Source of the DNA: Vicugna vicugna | Taxonomy: Eukaryota | DNA: 64,000 bases | Assembly: GCA_013265495.1 (NCBI GenBank) | Contig: MU058337.1 | Coordinates: 984,777 to 1,048,776 of the forward strand | Direction: 5' to 3' | Shown here: positions 24,756-38,552 of the stretch, one piece after another | Position numbering within the stretch: the stretch's first letter is position 1 | How the letters are laid out: every line of letters begins with the position of its first letter | Notes under the pieces: model-generated | What the model was told of the DNA's origin: nothing | The model's database searches: none | The model's input: the letters and a program-made list of their open reading frames with translations, nothing else | Program-made: the position numbers and the translations under genes

Positions 24756-27700
24756 GATGTCTCCTAGACTTAGATCTTAAACTCCAGCCTCTCTTCTGGT
24801 CTCTAGACAGAGTGTCCAACTGACTCGTTTTACCCAGTATAACATATATAGATAAATAGATAGACACATATAGATCAAATATATGTCTTTGAGAAGATAA
24901 TTGAGATTATTACAACAAAGTTAGGACACAGTATTTTTAAGTAGACTTATATTTTTCTGCATACTTAGAATTTAATTTAATATTCCACATATTTGTATCT
25001 AAACGTGTGTTTCAGCGCTCACTATCCGTAGAGTTTTATTTTCTTCCTAACTGTCTCCAGTCTTATTAAACAGAACTTTCTATTTCTGTAATTTCAAATT
25101 AATGCAGTTGCTGGTCTTACTTGTGATGGATAAATGCTATATTTTGGGTGTGTTTATCATCATGGACAGAAACATAACAGAGAGGAAAAATATATATGTG
25201 ATATATCACATGTCCCAGGAATATAAAATACATAATACACAATATGTCCCAGGAATATAATTATATTGGTCAAATTTAATTAAACTGCTGAATGGAGTGA
25301 CGAGATTTACAGTTTATGTTGCTGTGCAGTGTTGAGAAACACACCATTTTACACCTGTATTTCAGTTTTCAGAATGAAGGCATTATGTGCTCTGAACTCT
25401 CCTAATCTGGGCACTTCCAACTCTGCTCTCCTCTGGGCCATGCGGGGAACGGAACCAGGGGTCTCTGCTCCTGTGTCCCGACAAGAGCCTTCACGTTAGC
25501 GCAAGAGACTGAGCTCTGGCCAGTTGCAGCTGGCCTGGCACGTTGCAAGCTTGCTCGTCCGAGGGAACACGGGGGCGCCCTGCTTTGGAGACCTGGGAGT
25601 CCTGGACCTTAGCAGGAACCTGTTTGCCACCCTGTGCCTTCTCTCTGTCCTTTGAGAGACGGCCCGAGACCAGACAGAATGCGGAGACCTGGCAGGAACC
25701 CCAGCCCCCAGCAGCAGCAGGCTGGGGGACGCCAGTCTTTGCGGCCTTTCCTGCTGTCTGGGCTGGTAGGACCCGGCGGAGGTCCGGGGGGAGGAGGCGG
25801 CAGACGTGGGGACCTGCTGCAAACTTCAGCCAAGCACTGTCAGGGCACGGCAGGCACCTGAAGTCGGATGAGGTGTGCCCTCTCCTTCTGGAATGTCTTC
25901 TCTTTGTAAGATGGCCTCTTTCTCCAAGATGCCCTTCTCGTGTCTTCAAAACATGGACGAGGGCAGTGGTAACCAAGGCCTTCCTGTGGTAAACCCACGT
26001 GGGGCTTTCCCTGAACTCAGCGGAACACGATCAACCTCTACCACCTACGATTTCACAGAATTCTGTCACAGTTCTTTGAAAAACACTTGCTTAAAAGAGT
26101 TCTTGAAAATGGTGTTTCTCTGTATCATTAAAAAGTGTTGCTTCACACTGGAATGTAATGGATTTTTTAAAAAGTGTATGTTCACAGCCTTGGATTTTAA
26201 TAGGATAGAATTATTAGTAAATATATACTAATAAACTACTTTCGGGGATTATTCCAATAATAGAAAAGCAGTGCACTATGATAGTGAGTATTGTGTCTTG
26301 CGTTCTGGTAAGAGCTCCAGTAAGTTGTAAAGTGATTAACAGTATCGTAGTGCATTCATCAATTAAAGACAGAATTATGTAGAAAAAGAGTGTGAAAAAT
26401 AAAAGGTAGGTGTTATGGAGATCTTCTGGCTTCTACATCCAGAGGAAAGCTAAGTGCCACGAGCATCATTAGGGTGAAGCAAGGGGAGAGGACGGGGCGG
26501 GAGCGTCGCTGCAGCTCGTTAGCATCCGGGCATTAGGATTATCAAGTCATCTGCTCTGTCTCAAGTCTAAGCAAGAGTTTCTGGGTGTCAATCAGTCAAA
26601 CTGTAATTACCCCAAACAGAGATGGCATGGACGAGTTCTTAAGAATAACCACGTTGGAAGGCATTTAAAAATTTAAAGCAGAGGAGTAGGCGAGCTTAAC
26701 GTCTGCTGCTTCCTTGCTGAGCTTCTGTCTGGACACAGTGGTAGGGACTCGGGGACGTCACTGGTGACCGCTCTCAGCAAGGCCAGGGAGTCCTTGGTGA
26801 AGGACAACAGATGATCTTGGAGGAGCCCGTTCTGCCGCTTTTCCACGTGACCTGATGGCTGCAGAGCACGGGGCAGGCGGGCGGAACCTCTCGGCCCCGC
26901 CGGGCTGGCTGTCCAGCCTGTCTTTGATGTTCATAAAAACAGCATCCTTATTAAAGCAGAGAACACAAAATCCTGCCACCTCAAGGGCACGTCACCCTTT
27001 GTGAAAGGATAATTAGGTCACGGTTGGCACAGGCTCCGCTGTGCAGGTGGTGGTGTCTTGCGTCTGAAGATGCCAGAAAGTTACCAGGTTGTCCTAGCAA
27101 AAGAGAGGGCTCACTAAATCCTCAGGGAACGTCTCCTTTTCCGTTTGATTTCAACCAGATGCAAATTTGTTTTATTGAAAAATATAGAAGGAAGAATCGA
27201 GCGTGTCTGGAAGAGCTTGTCAATTTATCCCTCCTTAAAAATGGAGCATACAAAAATCTACATTTAATTGTGTTTGCTCCATTTAAAATATAGAATGGCC
27301 CTAATGTCTAATTTCTCATTTGAGACTCAGAATACTGGAAACCATAGTTTAGTGCATATAGCTGGAAAATTAAAGATTATTAAGAAATGAACTTCTTTAT
27401 TTCTATTGCTGTTCTATTTCATATATAATTTGTATACTTTGATAAATAACAATGTAATAAAAGCAATGCAGTAATAGAAAACGTTCACGTGATACAGAAA
27501 GCTAATCGTGTCATATATAACTCTCATTCTTTGCCATTGTACAAATAGACTGTAGATATTCTTAATCATGCTCTCTTTTTTCATTTCCTTTGAGAGTGAA
27601 TAACAACTTTTAAAAGTGATGTGATGTCTAATGCATATTCTATGAATTATACCCTTTCCAGCTGTGACTACTTGACTCATGGCTGCATTTTAAAATACCT

Positions 27701-28690
27701 GTACAGCCCAGTTGCCTTTGACTTTAAAAGAAGTAGGCATTTTTGGGTGACAAGTAATTTTTAGACACAGACTTTCAAGAAAAAAGATTCAGAAGAAATG
27801 ACTCTTTCATTGGGTAGATGGTTGGATGCAAAAGGAGTTTCTAGAGTGAAGATTATAATTATATTTCCATAATAAAAAATATTTGTTAAATACAAGAAGA
27901 GGAGATGGTTGTTCCCTGCACTACTTGATCCCTCACCCTGGGAGCAGCAGGCACTCCGTGCGTGTTATTTTAAGCCGCCCCTTCCGTCCCTCTGTCTCTC
28001 TGGCCTTGTGTGGTTGATGCAGTGGTTCAGGAACTGAATTCAATTCTGCCAGAACTGATTGTCATTCCTTTCTTCCTGCCCAGGACCTGCTTATGTAACG
28101 TGTCCCAGAGCCAGGCAGAAACACGCCTGCGTAACTCTGGAAGCAAACCTCTTGTGGGTATTTCCATCCTTTTTTATGCCCCCAAGTTTTGGCTGCAGTG
28201 GTCCGTTGTGGGTGTTTTCCACTCAGTTATGATGAAGGTGGACCTGGGCTGAGAATCGGTGGGCCCGGGCCCTGCTGTGCGCGCCCTGAGACCTTCTCCT
28301 GCGTGGCCAGCTGTGTTCGGGTCCAGCCGACCACAGAGACGTCTTATTTTACCTTGTCACCGCTTCTCGCTGGAAGAGACGCCACCACCAGCTGTAGCTG
28401 GCCGTGATGCCCGCTTGCCCTGGGTTTCCCGTTTGTCCTGCCTTTGTCGTTGTGTCTCGTCCTCCCCTGTGGCCATCTCTCCTTGCTTCTTCCTGGTCTC
28501 TGCAATCTTCCTGATGTGAGCTTTCAAAATATGACGTGGAGGTGAATCTCTGCCTTTATATTTGGACATGTTCAAAATTCAGAATTAAGGTCAATCTTTT
28601 TTCACTGTAACTGTTTTAGTTGTTATATGTCCAGTCTTAATGTTATAGAATTAAAAGCTTCCCTCTGAGCTGAAAACACTCTCCAAAAGG

Positions 28691-28945
28691 GAAGCAGTGT
28701 ATCCGAGCAGAGGAGAACCTGGGCTCTGAAGCTCACCTGTTCGAAGCTCAAAGTTTTGCTCCAACACCAACTGCCTGTGTGATCTCAGGCAAGTTACTTA
28801 GCTTCTCTGAGTCTCGGTTCCTTCATCTCTGAGGATGGGGATGTGAGAAGACCTACTGAATGGAATTATCTGCAGGATGATATAAGTCACAGCGTGTGAC
28901 ATTTCTAGAACAACAATTGAAAAAGAGCAAGTGCACAGAAACTAT
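28691..28945 (+). mobile_element. MIR SINE, near full length
   Basis: Core ctgtgtgatctcaggcaagttacttagcttctctgagtctcggttccttcatct...atggggat. Confidence 0.85.
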
Positions 28946-29400
28946 CGGTCCTTTTTACCACCCGTCTTGTTAGTGTTCTGGGAACGATACACAGAGTCCG
29001 TTTGCCGTGGGCTGTAGCTCTCTGACTACTCTGCTTCGAGCCCAAGCAAGTGCCTGCATCCTCTCAGCCTAGATCATCGATGAGAAGCTTTATTAAAATA
29101 ATCAAATTTCCTAAATTTTAAACTACACATTTAGCAGCCTGAGCTTCTCACAGTGGTAGGTGTTGTGGAGAAGAGCCCCTTCTGTGACCCTTTTTGAAGG
29201 ACTGAGTGAGATCATTTCACGATTAGGATGATGCTTTCAACTGACTTCCGGGTCTGGTTGTGGGAGGTGAAATAAAGTAGCATCTCAGAAGTAGAAGGAA
29301 TCTGTAAGACCACATCAGTTTCCCTGTTCTCCCATATTCGAGATCTCTGAAAGTCTGTCACATGGAAGATGCTGTCTGGACGTCAAGGTGACCAGGCAAG

Positions 29401-29460
29401 GGCAGGGTCTCCATCCTCAGGGCAGAGTCTCCATCCTCAGGGCAGGGTCTCCATCCTCAG
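29401..29460 (+). repeat. Minisatellite, 3 x 20 bp (GGCAGRGTCTCCATCCTCAG)
   Basis: Three adjacent copies with a single mismatch. Confidence 0.95.
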
Positions 29461-32400
29461 AGAGCCTCCCTGGTCAGCTCCATTGTTCCCCTTCTTTTAA
29501 ACTCTTCATGTGTCCATCCCCTAACGTCGCCTCCAGGCACCACGGTAGGAATGATAGTGCCTGCCCTCAGCCGCCTAATTACCTTGGCTTTACTTCCTAG
29601 TGCTTACGTAAACAGAGACCGGCAGGAGGAAATGGCCACGATTTGCAGGACTGACATACTCGTCTCTCCATCCATCCCAGAGCTTATTTGCAAACGTTTA
29701 AATTTAGATCCAACGGCTTGATGAAACTTGCTTATTACAAGTGCCCTGACTTTCCTAGTTGTTCCTACGCACTATGAACACCCATCCTTTTTGAACTCTG
29801 TTAGTGGAAAATAAACAGACAGAAATAAAAATTGCTTAGAAATATCTGACTCTTTGCACATGTGATGCAGCATCAAAACTGCTCTGCTGACAGAGATCCT
29901 ATCTGCAGTCAGCAGTTAAGCAGAAAATGTAAGACTTCAGAGAGCACCTCACATTTCCCATTCTCCCCCTTCACCTTGATGCCGTGGCGCACAGTTCTGG
30001 GCTGCTCTTTCAAATGCACAGATCAGTCTTAGCACTCAAACTTACAGAAAAAATTAACACCTCTCTCTTAGGTGAAAAGTTTCTGCACAGCTCAGAGATG
30101 GCTTTCCTGTCTATTATACTCAGAAGCCCTCAAAGAGCTAACAGTAAGAGCAAAATGTACTTGGTTGCCGCAATGCTGAGAGGCAAAGAGGTGAAAAATA
30201 CAGGGCCTAAATTTGTTATGTGGAACTCTTGCATCTAAAGGCAATTAGTCTAAAATGAATGCAACTTCAAATTATGCACAGCACTGTGAGGGAGGCAGGA
30301 AACGCTGCTTATGTAAACCATTAAGAGAACTGGAGTCTGGAAGACTCTCGCCAATAAATTACATCTGTGTCATGTTTAAAGTCAGTCCTACTGTGGAAGC
30401 CAACTGAGATCACGCAGACAGAAAGGTGCCAGTAACTGAGGAAACGTGGAGCCTTCCGTGTAAAGAGTCTAAAGACCTTTCAGTTTAAAGATCTCCTATT
30501 TATTCTTCTAAGCCCCTCTTTACCCTGCCCCAGGCAAATATTTATACAAAAATGACATTGGCCAGTTTTCCATTTAAAACACATGCTCCTTAGCTTTTAT
30601 TCAGTAAATTGCAAACCCTTGAATCAAAACTGCCCAGAGCTCTCGCCGGTTCCCAGTATCCAGGGTGCCCTCAGTGGTCCTCTCCCCCGACTCCCTGGCC
30701 CACCTGGCCTCTTTCTCTTTTACCCCTGACTGCTCTCTCAGGTCCCCTTTCATTTTTCTTCATCATGTCTTCTTTGCATTCCTTGCAATACCTACTAGGC
30801 AAGCAATAAATATTTATCATCTCAAAGTTTGTAATTTTCCTACCACATTCTACTGTTCCTTCCACGCCGAAGGGCAAAAACATAAACAAATAAACACCCC
30901 AAAGGGAAGACACACGGACATATGGAGGTAAATACAATAATGACAATATATTCACACACAGAAAAAGGCTTTTTCACCCCAACAGGCAAAGTGGTGGACT
31001 TTGTCCTGTTTCCAGTCTACCTGCATAAGGAGATGCTTTCGAAATTCAAGGGCGTATCGAGATGAAGGATGAAGAATTTGGTGAGCAGCGTGTATGTTTT
31101 CTTCTTGTATAAAATCTAGCCTTTCTAGTTGGTTAGATTGAACCATATGACATTGCCATTTCTGTAGATCAGCATAGTTGGATGTCCGGGATTTCTTACG
31201 GCTCAACTGAATCCAATGAACATGCTCGCGAAAAGGAGCTCCTGTCCCTGAAGACAGAGGCCGCGTCCCGGGGACAAGCTCGCTGCAGGCAGGCGGCAGC
31301 AGCTAACGAGTCATCTCTCCATCGTCCTGTTACCTTCCTTCTCGAGGGCAAACTCGCACGCGGATAGACTTCTCTGGAACGGGCCGAACCCCCATCCCGG
31401 GACGGAGGGGTGCCCCTTTTGCTTTCCGTCTGGTCTCGCGCCTCCCTGAAGCTTGGTTTGGAATCCGAGGCAAGAGAGTTTTGCTGAGGCAGCAGCAGGA
31501 AGATGAGCGACCCTGGAAAACCCCTACCTGGCAAGTGCGCTTTCTCGGGCCCAGGGAGACTTTAATTAGCGTTAATGGAGAAACTTCCTTTGAAACCTAA
31601 TTAAGCACTTAAATGTGTTCTTAATGATCTCTGCTCCCCAAGCCTGGGTGCAGAGAGGGGAGCTGATTTAACACCAGGAATGAAAATACAGACGTTCCTG
31701 GGCCCCGGGAGTTGCTCTGGCTGTGGAAGCTCCGCTCTCTCCTGGTGAGCGAGCTTTCCTCCAGGCCCTCGTGCAGCGGGGGCTCCTGCGGACCCCCCTC
31801 CCTGCTCTCCTGAGCTGTGCTCTGAGGAGGTGAGCCGCTGAGCCAGAGGCATCCCTCGATGCATAAAGCACTTTAAAAATACAAACAGACTCGGCGGGCC
31901 TGACTATGCGGCAGGTGTTACGCGCCTCCCCCCCAGCAGAAGTGATCCCACACGCTCTTTACTTCAGGGCTGACACAGTGAAAATCCCGCATCCCCAGGG
32001 AGAGCAGCCTCCTCTGAAAGCACGTGGTCCCAACCCTTGTGATGAGTGGTGACTTTCCATCAGCACGAGTGTCCCATGATGTTTCCTCATTACAGATCTT
32101 GCAAGAAATCCACAATGAATATGTTCACCCAGGTTCAACATGACTTCTAAACACGCGAGTACATGTGTCCAAACTGTGGTTTATGTTTGACCTGGGGTAT
32201 CTCTGGTCCAAACAGTATTATGCCAGGAGCCAAGGGCAAATCCATTATTAGAAAACACTATGAAACAGTCACATGACAGAACTTCCATGAAGCTGGTTGG
32301 CTTGAACCACAGAAGACAATCTGTTTTCAGAAGAGAACTTTAATCACTGAAATGGAGAGTTTTCAAGGCAGACAAGCAGAAGCATCATCTACCAAGTCTC

Positions 32401-34899
32401 CAAAACGCTTCAGCTTGTATCTTACCCTCTGTGTTTAATGTTGTTCCAAGTAACAATATAAACAACCCAGAAGGACTGAGTTCTTTGGGGCATGTGCCTG
32501 AGATAAAGGAGGCAATAGAATGCAATGAATCCTTATGTCACAGCTCCGCCCCCCCGGCCCCCGGCAGAGCTGCACCTTTAACTTACACATGAGCCCCCTT
32601 CTCCCTGGGATGATGGGGGTGTCTTCTATTGCCTTAATTCTCTCGTTTGTCTGCTCTCCTGACCCTGAGTTCTCCCCACGAAACTACCTCCAGGAGATGC
32701 AGGATCTGCTAAGATTGTAAGAGAGGTGACAGGTGGTCTGATTTCGCTGAATTAGACTGTCATCTTGGCAATAAGGAGACCATTTCAGTAGACTGGTAAG
32801 AACTATGTTCGTAATTCCCCACTGCCCCATTACCTCTTATGATATATTCTCCAAATGGTCTATAGTAGATTGTAGCTGCCATTAACCTTCTTTGAGACTA
32901 ACCTTCATGGATATCCCTATTTATCTAAATTAACCAAAAAATGCAGATTGATCAATAATGGCACCACTCCTCTAACCAGTGCACCTGCCACATGCTCCTC
33001 ACATAACTCCTGGTAAACGTCGGTGAAGATGGTCACATTCTTAAGAAAGGCAATTCGTTAGTTCTTCCAGTTTGTGTTACTTGTAAAGAACTTACATTCT
33101 GAAATCGGGGATCTTTGCCAACATGTAACATTAGCAAAGTGTTATTAGGATTTGATTGTATTTTATTTGTCCTTACATATACATAGTTATTCTATCCTTC
33201 CTAAAATCTTATGAGGTTGGTATCACTGTAAGCTAAGTGCAAATAAAAGCACTTGCTCTGCACATCACAAGTCACGAGTGACATTGCTCACGGCTTCCCT
33301 TGGATCCTTGTCACTCAAAGGGCTCTTATCTCTCCATTGTGTATTCTTGTCCATTTCAGTGTCACTCCCATCATGTAAAACTTGCCTGTATTGGCAGTGG
33401 GTGGGGGGTGATTGTTTTAATCATACTGACATTCTTGTCTGTCAAGACATGAAAATCACCAAATAACATATGCAATCCTAAATGATGCAATGGAGAAGAT
33501 GTTTCAAAAAAGTAATTTGCTAGACTTTTCATTTAAAGTGATTATCAGTGTTTGATCAGAAGGTGTGAATTCATTCATAATGATATTTAAAAGCTCTCTG
33601 CAGCCGTGGTGTTTACCAGACATTTTCTTGGAGTTTTACACTGCCGGGAAACAGGCTGCTGAAAACAAGCTGCACCTAGATTTCCATGAGCTTAAAGTGT
33701 TATATTCACACTTATTTGCTTAAAATGCACAGGCTTGCTTTGTTTTAATGTTTTACTTAGTAGATGACCTATAGCACGGATTATGCTAAAGAAAGTTTGT
33801 GAGGAGAAATCCTGAGATTGACCGTAAATGCACGAAGCAGGGCAGATATTTCCTTAGGGTAAAACAATGGAGGTCCTGGAAAGCCAGATCGTCCATTAAC
33901 AGAACTCGGTTCTGGCATGAAAGCCTGCGGTTTAACCCCGGGGACATATCTGCTATCTCCAGATGTCCTGGAGGCAGTAACATGATAGACATAGAAAATT
34001 TGCTTACCCCGAGGAGGGTGACTGTTCCTGGAAGGGGTGGGCCTGAATTAATCAGTTAGCCAGCAAGCAGAACTTAGTGCTTATCACATGGAATGTCTGA
34101 AGCCCACCTCTCTGATTGCATTTTTTCTGAGCTGTGTACTCCTAATACATATGATGTCAACCAGGCTTTGGGGCTCTAGATCCAAGAGATCTTGAGTCCC
34201 CTGGTCCCATCTTTGCTCTTTACTTTGTCTCTTTGTTTCTTAAGTCTTGTGTCGCCCATCCTCAGACACGATCCCAAGCTGCGCTGGACGCAGCATTACA
34301 GACCTTGTGTCTTGAGCATCTTTAGCTTGCAATAGTCTAACCCACTCACTAGTTCTTCATAGATCAAGGCGCCGCACTAGACACGGAGGGCTCTCCGCAG
34401 GCATCAGATAAAGTGCTGTCTCAGTGAAGAGTCCAGTCTGAGAAAGTAAGGCAGCCAAAACGCAGGCACGGCCTGATTCACAGCCAGTCAGACCTGCAGG
34501 ACTTCAGGGCACCCACGGTGAGGGTAATTGAGGGGATCCTAATCTTTTTCCACAAAAAATTATCAGGAAAATTTTACGTGCAAGTGAAAGTCTGTCCAGA
34601 AGTACATAAATATCTATGTTTTGTGAAATGGAAGAGAGAGGGGGGACTGGAGTTTTGACTTAAACAGGAAGAGGGCAGTTGGAGGTGAATTACACACAAC
34701 CACAGAGAATTTTCTATGCTGCTCTGATGGTATGCTGAGTTATTCCGTCTGTACTTTTAATTCATTTTGCCAAAAAGAAATCTCCTGAAATGATGTAATA
34801 CAAGAATGTCTACCTACCCCATAAGTAGTAACAAATGAACCACATCCTTTCGTGAATGTTTAGGTATCTAGCCGTCATTGCGGATGCCTTGCGACTGAA

Positions 34900-35400
34900 C
34901 GGCTGGGTGCACGAGGTCTAAGAAAAACCAGCCTGCGTTTAAATTCTGGCCCCTTGGCTTAGCTGGGTCACTTTGGTCAGGGATTTAAACTTTGTGGGCA
35001 TCATTTTTCACATTCGTGGAAAAAGAACAATTACTGTTTACCTGAGAGGTCTGTTGTGAGATTCAAATGAGCAACTACATGTAATACTTTTTTTTAATTA
35101 AAGTATAGTTAGTTACAGTGTGTCAGTTTCTGGTGTGCAGCACAACGTCCCAGTTATGCATATACATACATCTACTTGTTTTCAAATTCTTTTTCATAAA
35201 CTTTATTACAAGATATTGAATATAGTTCCCCGTGCTATACAGAAGAAATTCGGTTTTTTATCTATTTTGATAAATAATGGCTAATATTTGCAAATCTCAA
35301 ACTCCCAAATTTATGTCACATATAATACTTTTATCAACAGTTTCTAGCAGGTAGGAAGTGCTATGTGTTAGTGGTTAACATCTCTGCTTTTATTACCATG
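34900..35400 (+). mobile_element. MIR interrupted by an L1 insertion
   Basis: MIR core at 34930-35090. The MIR 3' tail resumes after 35318 (acagtttctagcaggtaggaagtgct). Confidence 0.7.
35092..35317 (-). mobile_element. 5'-truncated L1 3' end with TSD
   Basis: Reverse complement of the same L1 3' family as 38324-38552. TSD ACATGTAATACTTTT (35077-35091) / ACATATAATACTTTT (35318-35332). Confidence 0.88.
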
Positions 35401-36114
35401 TTGTTGTAAGATCCAAAATCATCTATTTGCTACAATCATCATTATATTTCTTCAGATTGATAGCAATTATGAAAAGTCAGGAAACTGATGTTAAAAATTT
35501 TTAGACTGTAGGTTTATGAATTTCTAGCACCAGCTTCTTATGATCTGTAACCTACTCTCTTTGCCCCACAGTGACTGAGAGCCCTTTTTGAATGACCTCT
35601 CATGTGGGTACTATGTGAAATAAACAGGTTATTGGGTAATTTTTCACCATAGAGAAGCAATTTCCATCTAAATGTTTATAAATTCCAGTAAATATACATT
35701 TAACACTGTTTTACTCTTAGAATAGAAAATAGACATTTTCTGGCTGAAACCGATTTTAACAATGAAGAGTATCTTAAATTCAAAAGAATAAAATCAAACT
35801 GTATTTTGGCAGGATCTTTGGATTTCTTTACCTGATGTCATACGAATGGCACTCCTACCTGATCTCTTACCTGGGGACTTCCCTCCAGTTGGTCATTTGG
35901 GCAGCGGTGTGGGTTTAAACTCAGGTGCTCACTAGGATAAATCACCCTCCTTCCTGCTCACTGACCCTCAAGGAAACAAGTTTTATGAAGGGAACTAAAT
36001 TCCGTAAAGGCGATTGGAGTCATTGTTCTACCCAGAGGAAATAAATGTGAGCAAGATTCAAGAATGTGGAGAGTAGTAAGGTGGTTTTTTTTTTCCCCGA
36101 CTTAAATTTTTATC

Positions 36115-36370
36115 TTTTTCTTCTTTGTAAAAGCAATACATATCATTGTAGAAAACTGAGAAAATTCAGACAAACCAATAGCAAAACAAAATAAGATGAC
36201 AGCAAAAATCATTTATACATAGTCCCACTACTCAGAGATTATTCCTACCAATATTTTGGTGTATATGCTTTTTCATTATTATTTACTAAGCATACGTAAA
36301 AGTATTTTAGTGCAATACACTATACAAGCTCTTTAATATCTTACCTTTTCTCTTAGCAATATAACTTTTT
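36115..36370 (-). mobile_element. Ancient L1ME-type 3' fragment
   Basis: aaaagcaatacatatcattgtagaaaa...tcccactactcagagat...attttggtgtatat. Confidence 0.6.
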
Positions 36371-36547
36371 AACATTATGCTGTACAACAACAAAAAAACA
36401 CATTTTAACTGACTATACTTCAATAAATGTTTAAAAATAGCATAAAGGTGTTTTTTATTTTTAACTTGTAAGGAATAGTTCTACTCTAGACAAGAAAGTA
36501 TTTTTCCCCTGATATGATAATGGAATCTGGCCAGCTGGAAAGGAAAT

Positions 36548-36549
<2 letters not shown>

Positions 36550-36579
<30 letters not shown>
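36550..36579 (+). repeat. (GT)15 microsatellite
   Basis: Perfect array. Confidence 0.97.
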
Positions 36580-36581
<2 letters not shown>

Positions 36582-38323
36582 TGAGAGTGTTGAGGAATGA
36601 TGGCTCTTTGATTTGCATTTTCAGTATCTCTCTGTAATGAGGTGGAATGAATGACTTTATTTCCAAGTTCATTTTATTTGGATTTCAGAATGTGTATGTT
36701 AACATCTACTCCATTTACACACTTGATTACCCCTTCTCCACACACATATCAGTTGGTTAATCCTTAAGTTTAAATGTTTCCTGAATTCTCCCATTTTGAT
36801 ATGAAATCACTCCTTTTGTTTTATTTCCAACATTCTTTCTGTTGTTGCTGTTTTCCATGAAGAGATTGTGAAGAACATCAATTTATTAGTTACAGATCCT
36901 CTTATTTATGTGCTGATGACCTTTTAATAACTAACATCTTGTTTGGTTTTCAAACCAAAACTTAACTTGGAATTTGTATATTTAAAAGCACACTTATTTT
37001 ATTACCACCAGTACTAAGCCACAAAATTTTATCATTGCTGTTGATTTAAAATGACCTTTAAACCTGATTATTTGAAATTGAATAAAAATAATTTGTTAAG
37101 TTGCTTATTTCAGGAACTATGGCAGTCAGACTTTATGGAAGCAAATTGTTAGTTTCAAATATTAAGGCGTTGCCATGGACACAAACTTTATGAGCTTTTT
37201 ATCAGTTCACATGCTCTGGACTGCTAATATACATCTAATATTTAAAAAAAGAAGTGTCCTCATGTAGGCAATGATTTGTGTTTTATTGATGCATACACAC
37301 ATGCAGTCTCCATGTAGAAAATTGGTAAAATTAAATATCTGGATGTTCTGATGTTCTAAGTTTACATAATAATATAAGAAGTACCTTCTTAACTTAATGC
37401 AGGCATATTTCATTTACGCACTTCCGGTCAGACTTACTCTGAGTGCAGACTAGGTACACAGAGTGTCTTCATTCTGAGCAATAAATAACCAACAACTATC
37501 TGCTGTGACCTACACCTTCCACTGTGCCCAGCAGTTTTGTGATTACTGAGTAAGAATTCCACTAACTCTACTTTTCAGCAATAGTCATAGTGAACGTCGT
37601 ATTACCTTAAACAAAGCATCGCTTATACTAGAAACGTCCTTCTGATGCCATGCTGAGCTCAGGGTCAAGGAAGATGACATACGGGCTAAGTGTGCCGTGG
37701 CGCCCCTGCCCCCCACCGCTGACCCATGCCTGTTTCTGCAGAAGTGAGAACAGAATGTCTTCTTTCCCAGAGTTTTACACTCCTAAGCCCAGCATTTGCA
37801 GGGGTGAGGTGGACGGATCAGGAATATTTATGTTCTTAACTCTGTGAATAGTGTGGCACTTACTTTTGTCTGAGATACACACAGCACACTTGGAGAATAG
37901 GAGATGCATTATATTGTACTTTCATATTACATCTTACACACGTGTATAAATACATTATATTTTTACTGTGGAGGGTAAATGGAACTCCAGGAACACTCAA
38001 CTGAAAATTGTCTTAGGAAGTGTCTTAGCAAGGAGTTAAAAAATCCTGCCTTTCAGGTGAACTGTTTGTCTTACTCTGAATTGTGAAACTGTTGTGCATG
38101 AGTGAATCTCTTTCTATCTTACCTGAAACATCCTACTTTATCTTTTGAAAACACATTATCTGATTTCTTAGACAACTACATGATCTAAAATGTTAAAAGC
38201 ATCCATTTTGCTTTATCTCCTTGTTTATTGAGGAAATGGGAAAGCATGGAAAAATTCAGGAAGAACAATGTTTCCCTCTTCCACTGTCCCCAAAAGTTGG
38301 TGAAACATTTAAGAACACAGAAA

Positions 38324-38552
38324 GGGATACAACTGGGAGTTTGAGATTTGGAAATGTTAACTACTATATATAAAAATAGATTAAAAATACTTTTTTTTCT
38401 GTATAGCACAGGGAATCATATTCAAAATATTGTGATAACCTTTAATGAAAAAGAATATGAAAACAAACATATGTATGCATAAGTATGCCTGGGACATTGC
38501 GCTGCACACCAGAAATTGACACATTGTAACTGACTATACTTAAAAAGAAAAA
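38324..38552 (+). mobile_element. 5'-truncated L1 3' end
   Basis: gggatacaactgggagtttgagattt...ctgtatagcacagggaa...cacaccagaaattgacacattgtaactgactatact followed by an A tail. Confidence 0.88.

Noticed and set aside
29401..29460. CRISPR-like repeat
   Set aside because: No spacers, and the context is eukaryotic. It is a simple minisatellite.
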